Assembly (NCBI RefSeq): GCF_036321535.1
Contig: NC_087439.1
Coordinates: 45,570,001 to 45,634,000, forward strand
Direction: 5' to 3'
DNA from: Camelus dromedarius
Taxonomy: Eukaryota
DNA length: 64,000 nt
Of the stretch, positions 24,219 through 36,700 are shown piece after piece; within the stretch, counting starts at the first letter, position 1; the number at the start of each line of letters is the position of its first letter. The position numbers and the translations under genes were made by a program. The notes beneath the pieces were generated by a model. That model was not told where the DNA came from. It saw only the letters and a program-made list of their open reading frames with translations, and searched no databases.

Positions 24219-24395
24219 TACTGGTTCTCAATCTGTAAGGGTCAGAGTCACCAGAAGTCTTGTTAAAACAGATCACTGGCCTATCCCACAGTTTACGATT
24301 TTGTGTGAGGTAGGGGAGAGGGGAGATTAGCGTTTTTATTGTGTTCCTAGGTGATACAGTGCTGCTGGTTGGGGGACTGCCCTTTAAGAACCACA
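24219..24395. mobile_element. MER5A-like hAT-Charlie MITE
   Basis: ctggttctcaa...cttgttaaaacagat...ctaggtgat...ttaagaaccac. Confidence 0.75.
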
Positions 24396-24454
24396 TCCCC
24401 TATCTCTATGATACGACATTGAAGTAGAAAAAGTGAACTTTATATATATAACTT

Positions 24455-24545
24455 TCTATTATTCGTTCAACAAATGCTTATTGAGCACCTACTGTATGTC
24501 AACCACAGGCCAGGAAGTGAAACAAGACACTTAAGAGATAAATGC
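24455..24545 (-). mobile_element. L2 3' end
   Basis: attcgttcaacaaatgcttattgagcacctactgtatg. Confidence 0.75.
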
Positions 24546-25999
24546 AATTCTAATATCTTGGTCTTTGCAGCTGTTATTTTCCGAAGCAGGTTTGGTAGCA
24601 CATTTAGTGTCCATATTTATCTCAAGTAGTGTCATTAAATTCTCAGGAAGTTGTCAAGAACCAAGTTACATTTACTTGTAACTTTGCTGTAGTGGAGGTG
24701 GAGGGGAGTATTCCAGACTTTTTAACGTGTCTCAGTCTCTAAAATTATTAGGGATTATTGCCTTTAAATGATATCTCTATTTTATAAACTCTGCTGCCTC
24801 TGCCAGCCCTCCACAAGGCAAAATTGCTCTAAAGCCCATCAGATCTGAGTATTTGCACATATTTCTAATGTGTATGGCATTCCCATAACATTTGTGCCCT
24901 GGCTTTTTGCAGAAGAATTTAGACAAGGCCAGCATAAGGAATGGACAATTTGAGGTTTGAGGACATGAGGGCAGAGGGATGGAAGGAGAAAATTTAATTT
25001 CTAACCTAGCCCCATTCATATTAGTTGCTCACCTTCTCTGTTCTGTTTAAAAGACTTTCTTCATGTTTTCTAGATCTCGTCTGGTAGTTGAGTGTGGTTT
25101 TGTCTTGGTGGGAGAGAGCAAGCCCAGTGCCTGGGACTTCAACTGTAGTCATGGCGGTGTGCACCAACCGAAGGCTCCGCAGAACTGCAGCTTAATGAAG
25201 GAATTCTGTGGGCTACCTACCAAGAGGGAAAGATTCCTTTTGACAAGCCATTTTCCCTGAAATTTGGGGGTGTGGATGATAGGAAGAAAGGATGTGGTCC
25301 ACATAGGTCGGCACTGCATCCCCTCGCACCACCTCAGCTGCTGAGCCGGTGAGATTCTGGCTCCCTTGGAGGAGTTGAGGCTGGAGAGGAAAGTGGCTGT
25401 CTCTGTGAGGGCTGATAGGTAGACGCTGTGGAGGTCAATTGTTAGCCCCAGTTCCTGAGGCCACATACCTCATGGAAAGACTTGTGAGAGCCTATAATCC
25501 TTCCCGCAGCCCGTTAAAGCATGTTACAGAGTTGGGTAGTTTTTGGACATTCTTTCTGCTTAGGTTGTTACTGCAAGCATGTCTGAAAAGTTCAGCAGGA
25601 ACTTTTGCGGTGCTTTCCTGAGTCTATGAGTTCAGGATGCCCTTTTTGTGGATGCCAAGTTGGGCTCTGGCATTGACCCAGGACATCAAGAACGCAGCTG
25701 CCAAACAACACTGGGGCAGGGCGTATGAGTCCAGTTAGGGTACTTGGCTTCCAGCATTGGATGTCGAAGGCATGGCTATAAAATGTGCAGAGAGGAATTT
25801 GGGTTTTAAATTCCCTTCTTACTTGATGTGTTTGAAACTGCATAAGCTCACTGTTAACCTTGGCTGCCTCTTTCGTTTCATTTTAAAGGATTCTTTTCAA
25901 CTTTAAAATGAAATACACAGTTGTGTAGTGGGAGTGGAGTGATTTTTCTTCTTTTTACTTTTGTTTGTTTTCCAAGATCAGGAGTAATAAATTTTTGAG

Positions 26000-27190
26000 G
26001 TTTTTTTTTTTTAATTAATGCTTTTTTTAGTAGCTTTGGGTTTTTAGAAAAATTGGACAAAGTACAGAGTTCCCGTATACTCCCTTACCTCTCCCTCTCC
26101 CCACAGTTTCCCCTATTTTTAACATCTTGCATTAGTGTGGCTCATTTGTTACAATGATGAGTTAATCTTGATTTATTTTTATTAACAAAGTCCGTTATTT
26201 GTACTAAGGTTCACTCATTGTGTTGTACAGTCTGTGAGTTTTGACAAATATGTAATGACATGTATCCACCATTACAGTATCACACAGAATAGTTTTATTT
26301 ACCTAACAGTCCCCTGCATTCCACTCGTTCATCCCTCCCTCTCTCTCCTTAAGCTCCTGGCAATCACTGTGTTTTTGTTTTTTTTTTAACTATCTTCATA
26401 GTTTTGCCTTTTCCTGAATATCATATAGTTGGAATCAGATAGTATGTAGCCTTTTCAGATTGGCTTCTTTCAATCAGCAATATGCCTTTAAAGTTCCTTC
26501 ATGTCTTTGCATGCCTTGATACTTTATTTCTTTTTATTGCTAAAATGATTTGTTACATGGATATACCACAGTTTGTTTATCCATTCGCCTACTGAAGGAC
26601 ATCTTGGTTACTTACAGGTTTTGCCAATTATGAATAAAGCTGTTAGAAATATTTTTTGTGCAAGTTTTTATATGGGTGTAAGTTTTTAAATCCTTTGGTT
26701 GAATACTNNNNNNNNNNNNNNNNNNNNNNNNNNNNNNNNNNNNNNNNNNNNNNNNNNNNNNNNNNNNNNNNNNNNNNNNNNNNNNNNNNNNNNNNNNNNN
26801 NNNNNNNNNNNNNNNNNNNNNNNNNNNNNNNNNNNNNNNNNNNNACCAGCATGTCAGTGTTTTGGCTTTCTGCCATTTTAATAGGTGTGTAGTACTATCT
26901 CTTTGTTGTTTNNNNNNNNNNNNNNNNNNNNNNNNNNNNNNNNNNNNNNNNNNNNNNNNNNNNNNNNNNNNNNNNNNNNNNNNNNNNNNNNNNNNNNNNN
27001 NNNNNNNNNNNNNNNNNNNNNNNNNNNNNNNNNNNNNNNNNNNNNNNNNNAGTGTTTAAGAGTTCTTTGAATATTTCGAATACCAGTCCTTTGTGAGAGA
27101 CATACTCTTGCAAATATTTCTTCCAGTCTGTGGCTTGTCTTTTCATTCTCTTAACAGTGTGTTTTGTAGCAGTAATGAATTTTTCATGTT
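26000..27190 (-). mobile_element. L1MB/L1MC-type 3' end with ORF2 remnant
   Basis: T-tail then cattagtgtggctcatttgttacaatgatgag...catggatataccacagtttgtttatccattc; minus peptide MKRQATDWKK (ORF2); contains two N blocks. Confidence 0.85.
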
Positions 27191-27630
27191 TATAATCAGG
27201 GAGAAAAATGTTTTTAAATATACCTGACTGTCAGCATGGCACCCACTCTCTATCCAAGAAAGTGAAACAGCCTGAGAAAAACAAGATACTTGGTTATTCG
27301 GTAGTTGAGCATATGAGAACCATGACACAAGTGTGTTCCCTAAATTAAATGTGATCAGTGTAAGTGTTATGAGGAGGCAAGACAGACATAGTCCAAAAAA
27401 CTGTGATTATATGATGGTGTGCAGGACCATGGTAAGATTTTTCTCTCAGTTTTCATTTTTACTTGACATTCCTGTTTCTTTGCTACTTGTGCTCCTTAAG
27501 TAACTAGATCTCCGAGAATGACCAGGAAGACTCTAGGGCTGTCTGCTTCCAATAAAAACTGTATTTAGCAAGAGAGAAATTATCAGTTTAAATTCAAAGA
27601 AGGCTGGGAGAGAGTGAAATGCACCTTTAA

Positions 27631-27785
27631 CATTCATTCACTCAGGGCTTCAGTCAGCTTTACTTATCGAGTAGTAGTTAAGGGGCAGGTGCTACACTGG
27701 CTGCTGGTGGTATATAAGGGAGCAAGGTCCAGGCTTGCGCTTGGGAGTTTACGTTCCAAGGGAGGAATGGACAAGTAAGTCTGAA
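27631..27785 (-). mobile_element. L2 3' end
   Basis: cattcattcactc...caggtgctacactgg...gggagtttacgttccaaggg. Confidence 0.6.
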
Positions 27786-28009
27786 ATCAATCTCCTTTGG
27801 CCAGGGGGTTAAGAAGAGTGAGCCCTGGAGCTGTGCTATGACCAGGATACTCTCGGGATCTCGTGGAGCGGAGAAGGGTCAGACGGGCTACTACCAAACC
27901 TGAGAAGTGAAGGGGGAGCAGGAACTGGGCAGACAAAGAGTACAGAAAGTTGTTTCTGGCCCTCTGCCTGTTTCCTCTCCACACCAGGAAAAGCTCATAA
28001 GTGGCATGA

Positions 28010-28390
28010 GATTGTGGTAGTTTTGTTTTTTACACATTTTAAAATCCTGAAATGTAATATGCTACAGAAAAAAAAGTTTAAAAATGAGATGGACAGTGTA
28101 ATGAATTATTATAAAGTCCCCACACAATTACAACTGAGATTAGAAGACAGATGCCTCCTGCTGCCCCTTCCTGGTGATGACTCTCCCCACCTTCCTGCGA
28201 ATGTGTCCTAAATGTCATAATTTCCTGGTGACTGCTTTTAAACTTAGTATAACTGGAACCACACGGCATATATTCTTTGGTTTCTAGCTTTCTTCTTTTT
28301 TTCTTAACATAATATTATTAATTTATTTCTTTTCAGTGCTGTACAGTATCCCCTTTTATGAATCCATCCTTCTGTGTCTGGGCATCTGGT
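28010..28390 (-). mobile_element. Ancient L1ME-like fragment
   Basis: catatattctttggtttctagctttctt...aacataat...cagtgctgtacagtatccc. Confidence 0.45.
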
Positions 28391-29200
28391 TGAGATCCTT
28401 TTGTTCAACCTTTTCATTTTACAGATGAGAAAACTGAGTCCTAGTTGGTATTCCCAGAGCTAGGACCCAACCCAGAGCGATGCTCTAGAGAAATATCAAG
28501 GAAGTGATGTCTCTGGAACAGCTTTCAGGGCCCAGGCCATTCTTGATGGTTCTTTGGATGGCCATTTTAGCTTCTTCCATGTATTTTCCCCTTTGCTCTG
28601 CAGAGAGACAGGGAAAAAGAGGAACCTCAAGGGCCTGAACACTTAGCTGTAGTTCAGCTGTAGACTCTGAAGTCGGCTGCATTATGCTTAAGTTATTTGA
28701 CTGTTTGTTCACTGGTCACAGTTTAGGATTTCACAAGCTCTATCCTGGTTAGGCTCAAAGGCAAGAAGGCAAAATAAGGGACATAAAGCCATGCCTGGGG
28801 GATTATTGGCATTAGGTGTTAAGTGTTTTATGTAGGTCTGACTGCTGTTGGGTTTAGATTTAAATTACTTGGGATTTAAAAAGGGAACAGACATATTTCT
28901 TATGAAACTGTGAATATGAAGGTGGGATAATGACAGGAAAGAGAACTTCAAAATAAGCAATGGATATCAAATGAGTCCACAGTTTTTCTCCCAACTGAAA
29001 ACAATTCCCAGTGACTACCTGATCCCCTACAAGCCACGGTACTCTTATCTTAAACCAGAGCCTTCCTGAGTTCTGTCCATCACATCCCAAACCTTTCCAC
29101 TCCCACATTTTGCCCATCCTTCCAGCACTTTGCTGGTATTTAAGCCTTTTATTACACTGAACTTCCCTGCTCTATGGCCTGTGTTCCTAGATTCCTAAGA

Positions 29201-29201
<1 letters not shown>

Positions 29202-29250
<49 letters not shown>
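29202..29250. repeat. (TG)24 microsatellite
   Basis: Perfect TG run read directly. Confidence 0.98.
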
Positions 29251-29253
<3 letters not shown>

Positions 29254-31354
29254 ATGCTCTGGCAGCTTTGGGAGGACTCTGGGTCAGGAATTGCCCTTCA
29301 AAAATAAGACTCCAGATTAATACAGGAGAATAGAGCTTGGCATATGGAAAGCACCTAATGTGTTTAGCTGCTGCTGCTGCTGTGTTTTCTAACTCCTCAA
29401 ATGAGAATCACTTCTGAAAGTACTTAATTTTCAAGCTAACAACTCCTTCCTTCCTTCTGTTCAATTGTCGAGTCTTATGGAATATACTAACATTTCTACA
29501 ACCTGCATTTGGTTTATGCTCGATATCACCACAAGTCTCAAGAGTTTATCACCTTGAACCTTTTCCACATTTAAGAAGACTGGGACTAATTTGCTGGTAT
29601 TTTCTGTGCCTGGCAACTTGTGTAATGGGAAGGAGTTATGTTTCATTAATCCACCTAAATGGTTTAAGGAATATTTAGGTTTCTCACCAACTCAGATCCC
29701 CATTTTCTTTCTCCGCTATCCAGAGGGGTTGTTAGGCTGCTTGGTAGTGAATAATTAGAACAACCAGTCTACCCTGGCATTAGGCTAGGTTTGCCTGACC
29801 TAATATACATGAAGATCAGTGGTCCCAAAGGGACCCTTCCTTTTGAAAGGAAGAGATTAATGATATCCCATTTCATTACATTGGTGCCAGGAATTTTCTC
29901 TAAGCAGCCTATTTAAAAGAACAAATTCAAACAGGCCCCAGAAACAATGCAAGAGATCTGCAAAGCATTCAAGGGATGAGTTTACACACTATCCTGATAT
30001 CAAAGGAGAAGTTTTGATGCCAGGACACAATGGCTGGGCTCTCCCAATGAGCACACACCAACTTGAAATGCCAAAGTCTGCATTTGTGCAGAAATCAGGT
30101 AAGTTCAAAGAGCTCTAGGCTTGATTCAGCTCTTAACTGATTCATCCTCCAAAAGGACAGTTGGCATGCTAACTCGTTACCCATGGCCTCAGTGTTTGGG
30201 GTGTGGGTGGGGGACAGAGCACCCGAGGATCCACTCCAAATCTCCAAGGGTCACATTACAAAGTGTCGGTTCTGTTTGTCATTCACTGCTATATTTACCC
30301 ATGCCCAGAGCAGTTCAGCTCACAGCATCACCCTTGCACTCTGCCCTCTGATTTTCAGCTTGGGTTGCCATCTGGGGACCGAGCTCTTCTCATCTGTTAT
30401 GGGCTGCCATTCTTTGTTCTAGACTGCATCCTATTATTCAGTTAATTAATGGAGCCCCCACTTCATGTAGCATTTTCTACCTAACACTGGGGGAAGGCAC
30501 TGGAAAAAAGTACATTGCATTGTCTCGCCCCTTAAAGGTGAAATTAAAGATGCTCCCTCTCACCCACTACTCTGAGTAAATTAACCCATATGGTCATAGG
30601 GAACAATCTGTAAATAATTGCTGAGTGATTAGAGGATTGAATATATGCTACATAAAGGTTTTGCTTGCATTATCTGTAACCATTAAATTATAAGCATTGA
30701 CCTTAGAGTTATCTTCTCTGCAGCACTCCTGACAAATCATTATCCAGGCTGATCTCACACTTTCTTTTGCAGACCTGTGAGAGCTCCTATGAGAAACTAA
30801 TGTGATCCGTGCACCCTAACCCCAGAAAAATGGGCAAATGCACAACTGCAACATTTTGCACATAATGTCAAGGACTCCCCAAACATCTTCATGGTTTCAT
30901 CAGGGCCTCCATCCCAGCTTAAGAATCTCTTTGCTAGTGAGAGTAACTGACTAATGTTAAAGACTATCAATTTCATGGTTAGAAAGCTTGATAAAAGGAT
31001 TTTTCTTCTTGCTTCCAGTAACTGAACAAGAAAAAAATTGTTATTTCTTTTTCCATGTGGTAGTTCTTCAAATATTTGTAGATGGTTTTAGCTTTCTCAT
31101 TCAGACTTCTCTTTCGGGCTTTTGACTCTCTAATTCATCAAATAACCCTTAAAAGCCGTGGCTGTACTCAATTTTTGTGCCAGGATCTAAAGCCTTGGGA
31201 GTAGAAGACATGCATGTAGTCCAAAAAAGATAGAGCAGTCATTCTCAAAAATGCTAAGGCGGGTTCCAGTAGTGGTCCCTTCTTCATTTAAAAGAAAAAC
31301 AACTTGATCCCTTTTAAAAAATTTAAAAACCTCAGAATTTCTTGCAAAGGGCAA

Positions 31355-31556
31355 AGGGAGGGAGAGATACAAACTACTATATATAAAATAGATAAACAAC
31401 AAGGTCCTACTGTATGGCACAGGGAAATATATTCAAAATTTTATAATAACCTATAATGAAAAAGAATACATATAGTGTATAACTGAATCACTGTTCTGTA
31501 CACCAGAAACTAGCACAACATTCTAAATCAAATATACTCCAATTAAAAATAAAAGT
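31355..31556 (+). mobile_element. 5'-truncated L1 3' end
   Basis: actactatatataaaatagataaacaacaagg...tataactgaatcactg...acaccagaaact, highly similar to the 3'UTR at 13270-13475. Confidence 0.85.
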
Positions 31557-32289
31557 ATTTTTCAGAAATTGATTGTGATCCCCATTATGACATTTTATGC
31601 ACTTTCTTTGAGTCTACTCACCCCTAACAGTGTTTTCTTACCTGTCCTATTACAACTAATGCTCTTGACCTTGACATGGAGGCCTGCAGGTACGGGCCTG
31701 TGGCCTTTCTTCAAATCCTATGTACCCTGGAGCCTAGTGAGAGTGGAGCTATTAGCACATACACCTAAAGGGCATGGAAAAGGTATGGCATCTGGAACCC
31801 GAAAGGAGAGAGCCATGTGAGTATAGGGGTCTTGAGAAGAGAGATGACCTTCAATCAAGAATACAGTCCATACAAGACAATCCCACAGGAAAGGAGCTGC
31901 AGAATAAGAGAATATTTTCTCTCTTTTTCCTTACTTTCTTCCTTCCTTCTGATTTCTTGCTAGGGCTCTCTGTTGCCCAAACCACTGGAAGGCATACAGG
32001 TCATCTTCTGAGTCAGAGAACATGGTAGAAATAGATGGAGAATGGATCTGCTGGGAAGGAATGCTACACCATTTAAAAGGACCCAACATAACTTCAATTC
32101 CTAATATGAAGTTCACACCCCTCTCCCACAAAGACAAAAAATACCTCTCTGAAAGATATTTTATAAATAGTGCCTCCGTTAGGAATTGTTCTCTGCTTAA
32201 ATAAACCAATACCAGAATATGGTGACATCAGTAGATAAATGTATATTGTCTTCATGTTATGAGAACTCCAGTGGAGTAGGCAGTTTCTG

Positions 32290-32610
32290 GTATTGATCCA
32301 GAAGATCAAAAATGTCAGGCAAGGCCAAGCCTCTGTGATTCTCTTGGCTTTTTTTTTTTTTTTTTTTCATGGTTCCAAGATAGCTGCTGGAGCTCCAGTC
32401 ATCATGGCTGCATTCTTTGTGAATGGGCAAAAAGGGTTTTCCTGGAGCCCCTATGCAATGACTTCTGTTTACATCTCCTTTATCTGCAGGAGAACCTAAA
32501 AAACATATTTGACTTCATCACACTGTGGCCCCTACGATATAAGCGTTCTGTTGGGAAAGAAGCAGGAAAAAATGGATGTTGAGGAGACAGCTAGTAGTGT
32601 CTACCCAAGA
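32290..32610 (-). mobile_element. Probable MLT1-type (MaLR) LTR fragment
   Basis: ggttccaagatagctgctggagctccagtcatc...gacttctgtttacatctcc. Confidence 0.45.
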
Positions 32611-33379
32611 TAGAATTTAATCACCTCAGGCATATATGCTAAGGGCATAGTTTCATGCTGGTTTCTGAACTTGGGAATTTTTAAGTTATATGAATATTCC
32701 CTCTTGAATGATCAGATTTAGCCTCGGATCATTCTTCATGGAATACCAAGGCCTGCAGGCAAGAGAAAGACCACTTATAAGAGATGCTTTTAAAATTCTA
32801 AGGCAGAAATTCAAGTGTGTCTTGTGGAAACAGTTTGTCCAAACAAAATAAAGCTCTTTCTGATCTGAGTCTAGAAATAGGAGAAATGGAAAAGACACAC
32901 TTTGCTGACATGCTAGTGCAAGTATAAAGGATCAATTTTTGTGCACAAATATTTTGCTGTGTATATTGAGGGACCTTTTTAAAAATGGTCAGATCCTTTA
33001 TCCCAATAATTTACTCATAATCAGCCTTTTGAAAAAGTCTAGAAAAAGTTAAAGAGAACAATTAATTCAATACTGCTGTATTATAGAGTAGTATATAACT
33101 ATAAACTACATTACAAAGCATTTATGATAGCATGGGAGAATTGGTTTTATTACCGTAATAGCCTAAGGTTCTGATGAAGTTTAGCCTGAGTATCTCAGTC
33201 CTCTAGGTTTCTCTTCCTTTAATATCCAGCTGAAATGGCTGGAGCCCCCAACCTAGTATAAACAGTAGGTTTTATACACTCTACTCCATTGCAGTCATGC
33301 TCCTGACTTGCTGTCTGTCAGAACCTCAGACTGCAAGAAAAGAAACCCAGACACCCCTTTAGAATGAAATTGACCAAGA

Positions 33380-33780
33380 GCTTTAAAGGGCAATTCATAA
33401 AAAGAAAAATACAAATGACCTATGACTGGATGCCAAAATGTTCAACCTCAAAATTTAATACGAGAAATGAAAAGTTCTCTTTTGCTTATCAAACAGGCTG
33501 TGATGGAAAAAAGATAATACCTGGGGTGTCAGGAAAACGAGGAAGCAAGGGCATTCATAGTATCGTTTGTGGGGGCAGCAGCCTCTTTGAGTGCAAATCT
33601 GCCAATATATCATTTGTCCCAGCAATACCTACTCCATAAACTTACCTTCTGTACAGAATCAGATAAGCACATTGAAAGCTGTTTACACGATACTGTGACT
33701 AGTTGTATTGAAGCATAAAAAGAGCCCAGTGATGTTCATTCCCAGTCACTGCAGATATTGGTAGATAATTAGAGAAAGAG
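33380..33780 (+). mobile_element. Ancient L1ME-like ORF2-end fragment
   Basis: caattcataaaaagaaaaatacaaatgacc...aaaatgttcaacctca. Confidence 0.55.
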
Positions 33781-36700
33781 GGAAGCACTTGACATGGTGC
33801 CTAGCACACAGTAGGTGCTTAATGACTGTTTATTGAATGACAAATTAATTCAGATGGGAGAAATTAGTTTTGTCCCCCAAAGTATTTTAGCCGCATGTTG
33901 TAAATATTTCTGTTCAACATCTTTAGCCATGGGACTTGAGCTTAGGAGATGGGACATGGCCATCTGTCTAGAACAGTGGGAGACTTTCAGGGATGAGATT
34001 TCTTTCTGCTCATCTGTCTTTCGTTTCTTTTCTTTTTTGTAAAAATCAGTTAGCAAAATGAATGTGGTCTCCAAGCAAGACTGGAGAAAGAGATTAGTAG
34101 TGAACTTGTAGGGGGCAGGTAGACCAAATCTCACTGCTCTATGGTTTGCTTAGCTTATGCAGTGTTTTGGGTGAGAGAAAATTAAACTAGGTCATCTTAT
34201 TGACAAGCATAATCATTTTAGATAAATTTGCATAGTCTGGAGAGATAGTCTAAGGCCCTGCTGAAAAGAGGGTGTAGCTTGCTTTAAAGTCTTTTCCCCT
34301 CCTCTGCTCAAACACTTTTCCCATAACACACCAGAAAAATCCCCAAACCTTCATTGCAAAAGAATTTGGCTACAGTAATCAGTGAAGACAACTTGAAATA
34401 TTGGTCTTCCTATCAGCAGGTTATAGTGCATTAAAATATGCTTGGATTTTAATGATGAAAATATGTTGAATTAGAAACTTCTGCAAGTTTCATTATTTTC
34501 TCAACAATTCCCAACAGAATGTGTTTAAATCACTTAATGTAAGAAAGCATCAAAAATAGGTTGAGACTTGTTCCTGACTGTTTATGTTACAAAGAGAAGG
34601 ATGATGTAGCACTGCTGTGTTAGAAGGACTCTTTGGATAGAAAATGCAGTGTAGGTGCATAACATGGTGTCTAAGGAAAAAAAATGAGTGTTGGAATGTG
34701 GCTATGACATTATTATTTTACTGATTGTAAATGCCTGAGAATTTTTACCATGTGACTTGTGTAGGCAATAACGTGAAAATAAAGTTAAATTTGAGTTTCA
34801 TGTTAAATATGCATTAGCTAGAATTCTATCATTTGAAGTTTTCTAAGTTCTGCTTACTCCAACAACTAAATATTATTATCTGTCTTATGGAGAAAGTTAC
34901 AAGTGGCTGGTGAGAAAAATCCTAATTTCTTCAACAGCATTTTCTCACTGACTAATTTATTAAAGTTCTCTGCACTGACCTTATTAAAAGTATTGGAATC
35001 TGTGGTGTTATCAGATCATACTGGTAAAAGAAAGCTCAATTTTTAAAAAAAATCTTACAAAGTGTGAATGGGTTTGGCATTTGGAAGAGGGGCTCACTCT
35101 CAGTAAGTAAATCTTCTCTATATAATTCTGAAGCTCACATGTTTCTGATTAGCTCCCTGCTGTCTTATTGGTCCCTCCTGAAAGTCAGGAAGGTTAGCAG
35201 AGTGCATGCGTTCCTCATGTCTCGGCATGATTGAGTGCAGGTGTGAGAGGACAGCAGTAACCTGATGAGGAGCTGAAGCAGGCTATGCCCGAGTCAGACT
35301 CAGATCCTTAGAACTTCAGCACGGGTATCTGTCAGCCATCTAACCTTTAATATTGTCAGAGTCTTAAATGAGACACTCAGCCCAGTGGCATGTGGGAAAC
35401 AGATTTTTTTTGCAAGCAACTTCAGCTAAAACAACAGTTTGAGCTGTATTTATTGCATTTATTGTCAGGAAGAGGGTGTCTTGTCTTTACAGAGATTATT
35501 TCTGAGAGCAAAAGGAAAATGATGCAATAGAGAAGGAAGAGGAAATGATTTCAGTTGTAAACTTGATGTTGAGTTATAAGCTTGGTTATTATAATAATAT
35601 ATTTGTAATAATAATTATAATACATTTTACTGAAACTGTTGTTCTAATACCAAAATCATAACTAGATGAGTGTTAATGAAATCAGTAAGAATTTCAATAA
35701 GATCTTTGTGAATTTCTTTCAGTTTCTCAGCTGCAAACGTTAAATTTCTCCACTGTCAATGGATTTTAGGTGATGTTACTGAAGATTGTGGGAGATTCAA
35801 AGAAAAGGATTTATAGAAATGTTTGAAGCTCTCTTTGGACCTGAAAACATGACATTCATTTGCTCATGTAAAAAATCACGTAATGAAATGTTTAAAAAAG
35901 TTAACGGGGTACAGATCCAATCAGAGCAGCAAAGAACAAATCACTGAGCTTCACTTCTGATCAGCAAAATGATGCTTTGTTTGGGGCCTTTGGCTGAGGC
36001 TGGTAGATAATGACTTGCCAACCGCTCCTCTCAGAATGCTCAGATGCCTCCAGGCAGAAAGTCCAATGTTAAAAAACGCCTGACCAGAGTCACAACGTGA
36101 ATGTCACTGTGAGGAAAACCAAACCTTTTATTGCTTCTTATGGGAATAGAAGTAACTACAAGTATTTGGAAAGTAAAGTCTTCAGTAGTCTTAACACAGA
36201 CCCAATCTGTGAAAAGCTTGATGAGATTTAGGAGTGGGATGATGAAGGGTCATGCACATTCTTACGTGCTTGCAAATAAAAATTTCATATTCCGTTTAGG
36301 AGCTTTTAAAAGAAGTGGTAGTATTAACATCACCCAGAAACAAATGCATTTTACAGTAGGTCTTCAAGAGATGCACTGTGGTACTGTGGTGGATTGTGGG
36401 CGGGGTTACATCTGTGCCAAGATATCTAAGCAGTCAGTAGGGCAGAACTGGGTGCCCGGAGTGCCTCAGTGGTTGTGCCACAGAAATAGTATCATTTTCC
36501 TGTGTGTATCACGACATAGCAAAGGCTGCAAGCCTGCTTTACAAACCTGCTTTGCAGAGATCCCTGAATTCCAAAAGACATGTAAAATTATTTAATGAGT
36601 GAATAAACAGAGGCAGAAAGAGTGTCTCATCCCCAGATAGAACACATGGCATGCGTGGTGATAACAGGCGAAGAGTGTGGAGGAAGGACGTGGCGGGGGT

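Noticed and set aside
25060-25900. Coding-looking unique region with several short ORFs and a minus-strand donor (GAG|GTATGT at about 25468)
   Set aside because: All frames checked hit stops; no peptide recognised; no consistent exon chain
27712-27782. TATA box (tatataag) followed by a GTAAGT donor
   Set aside because: Lies within a decayed antisense L2 fragment
33256-33276. Inverted repeat GTATAAAC-5nt-GTTTATAC
   Set aside because: An 8-bp stem is expected by chance in 64 kb
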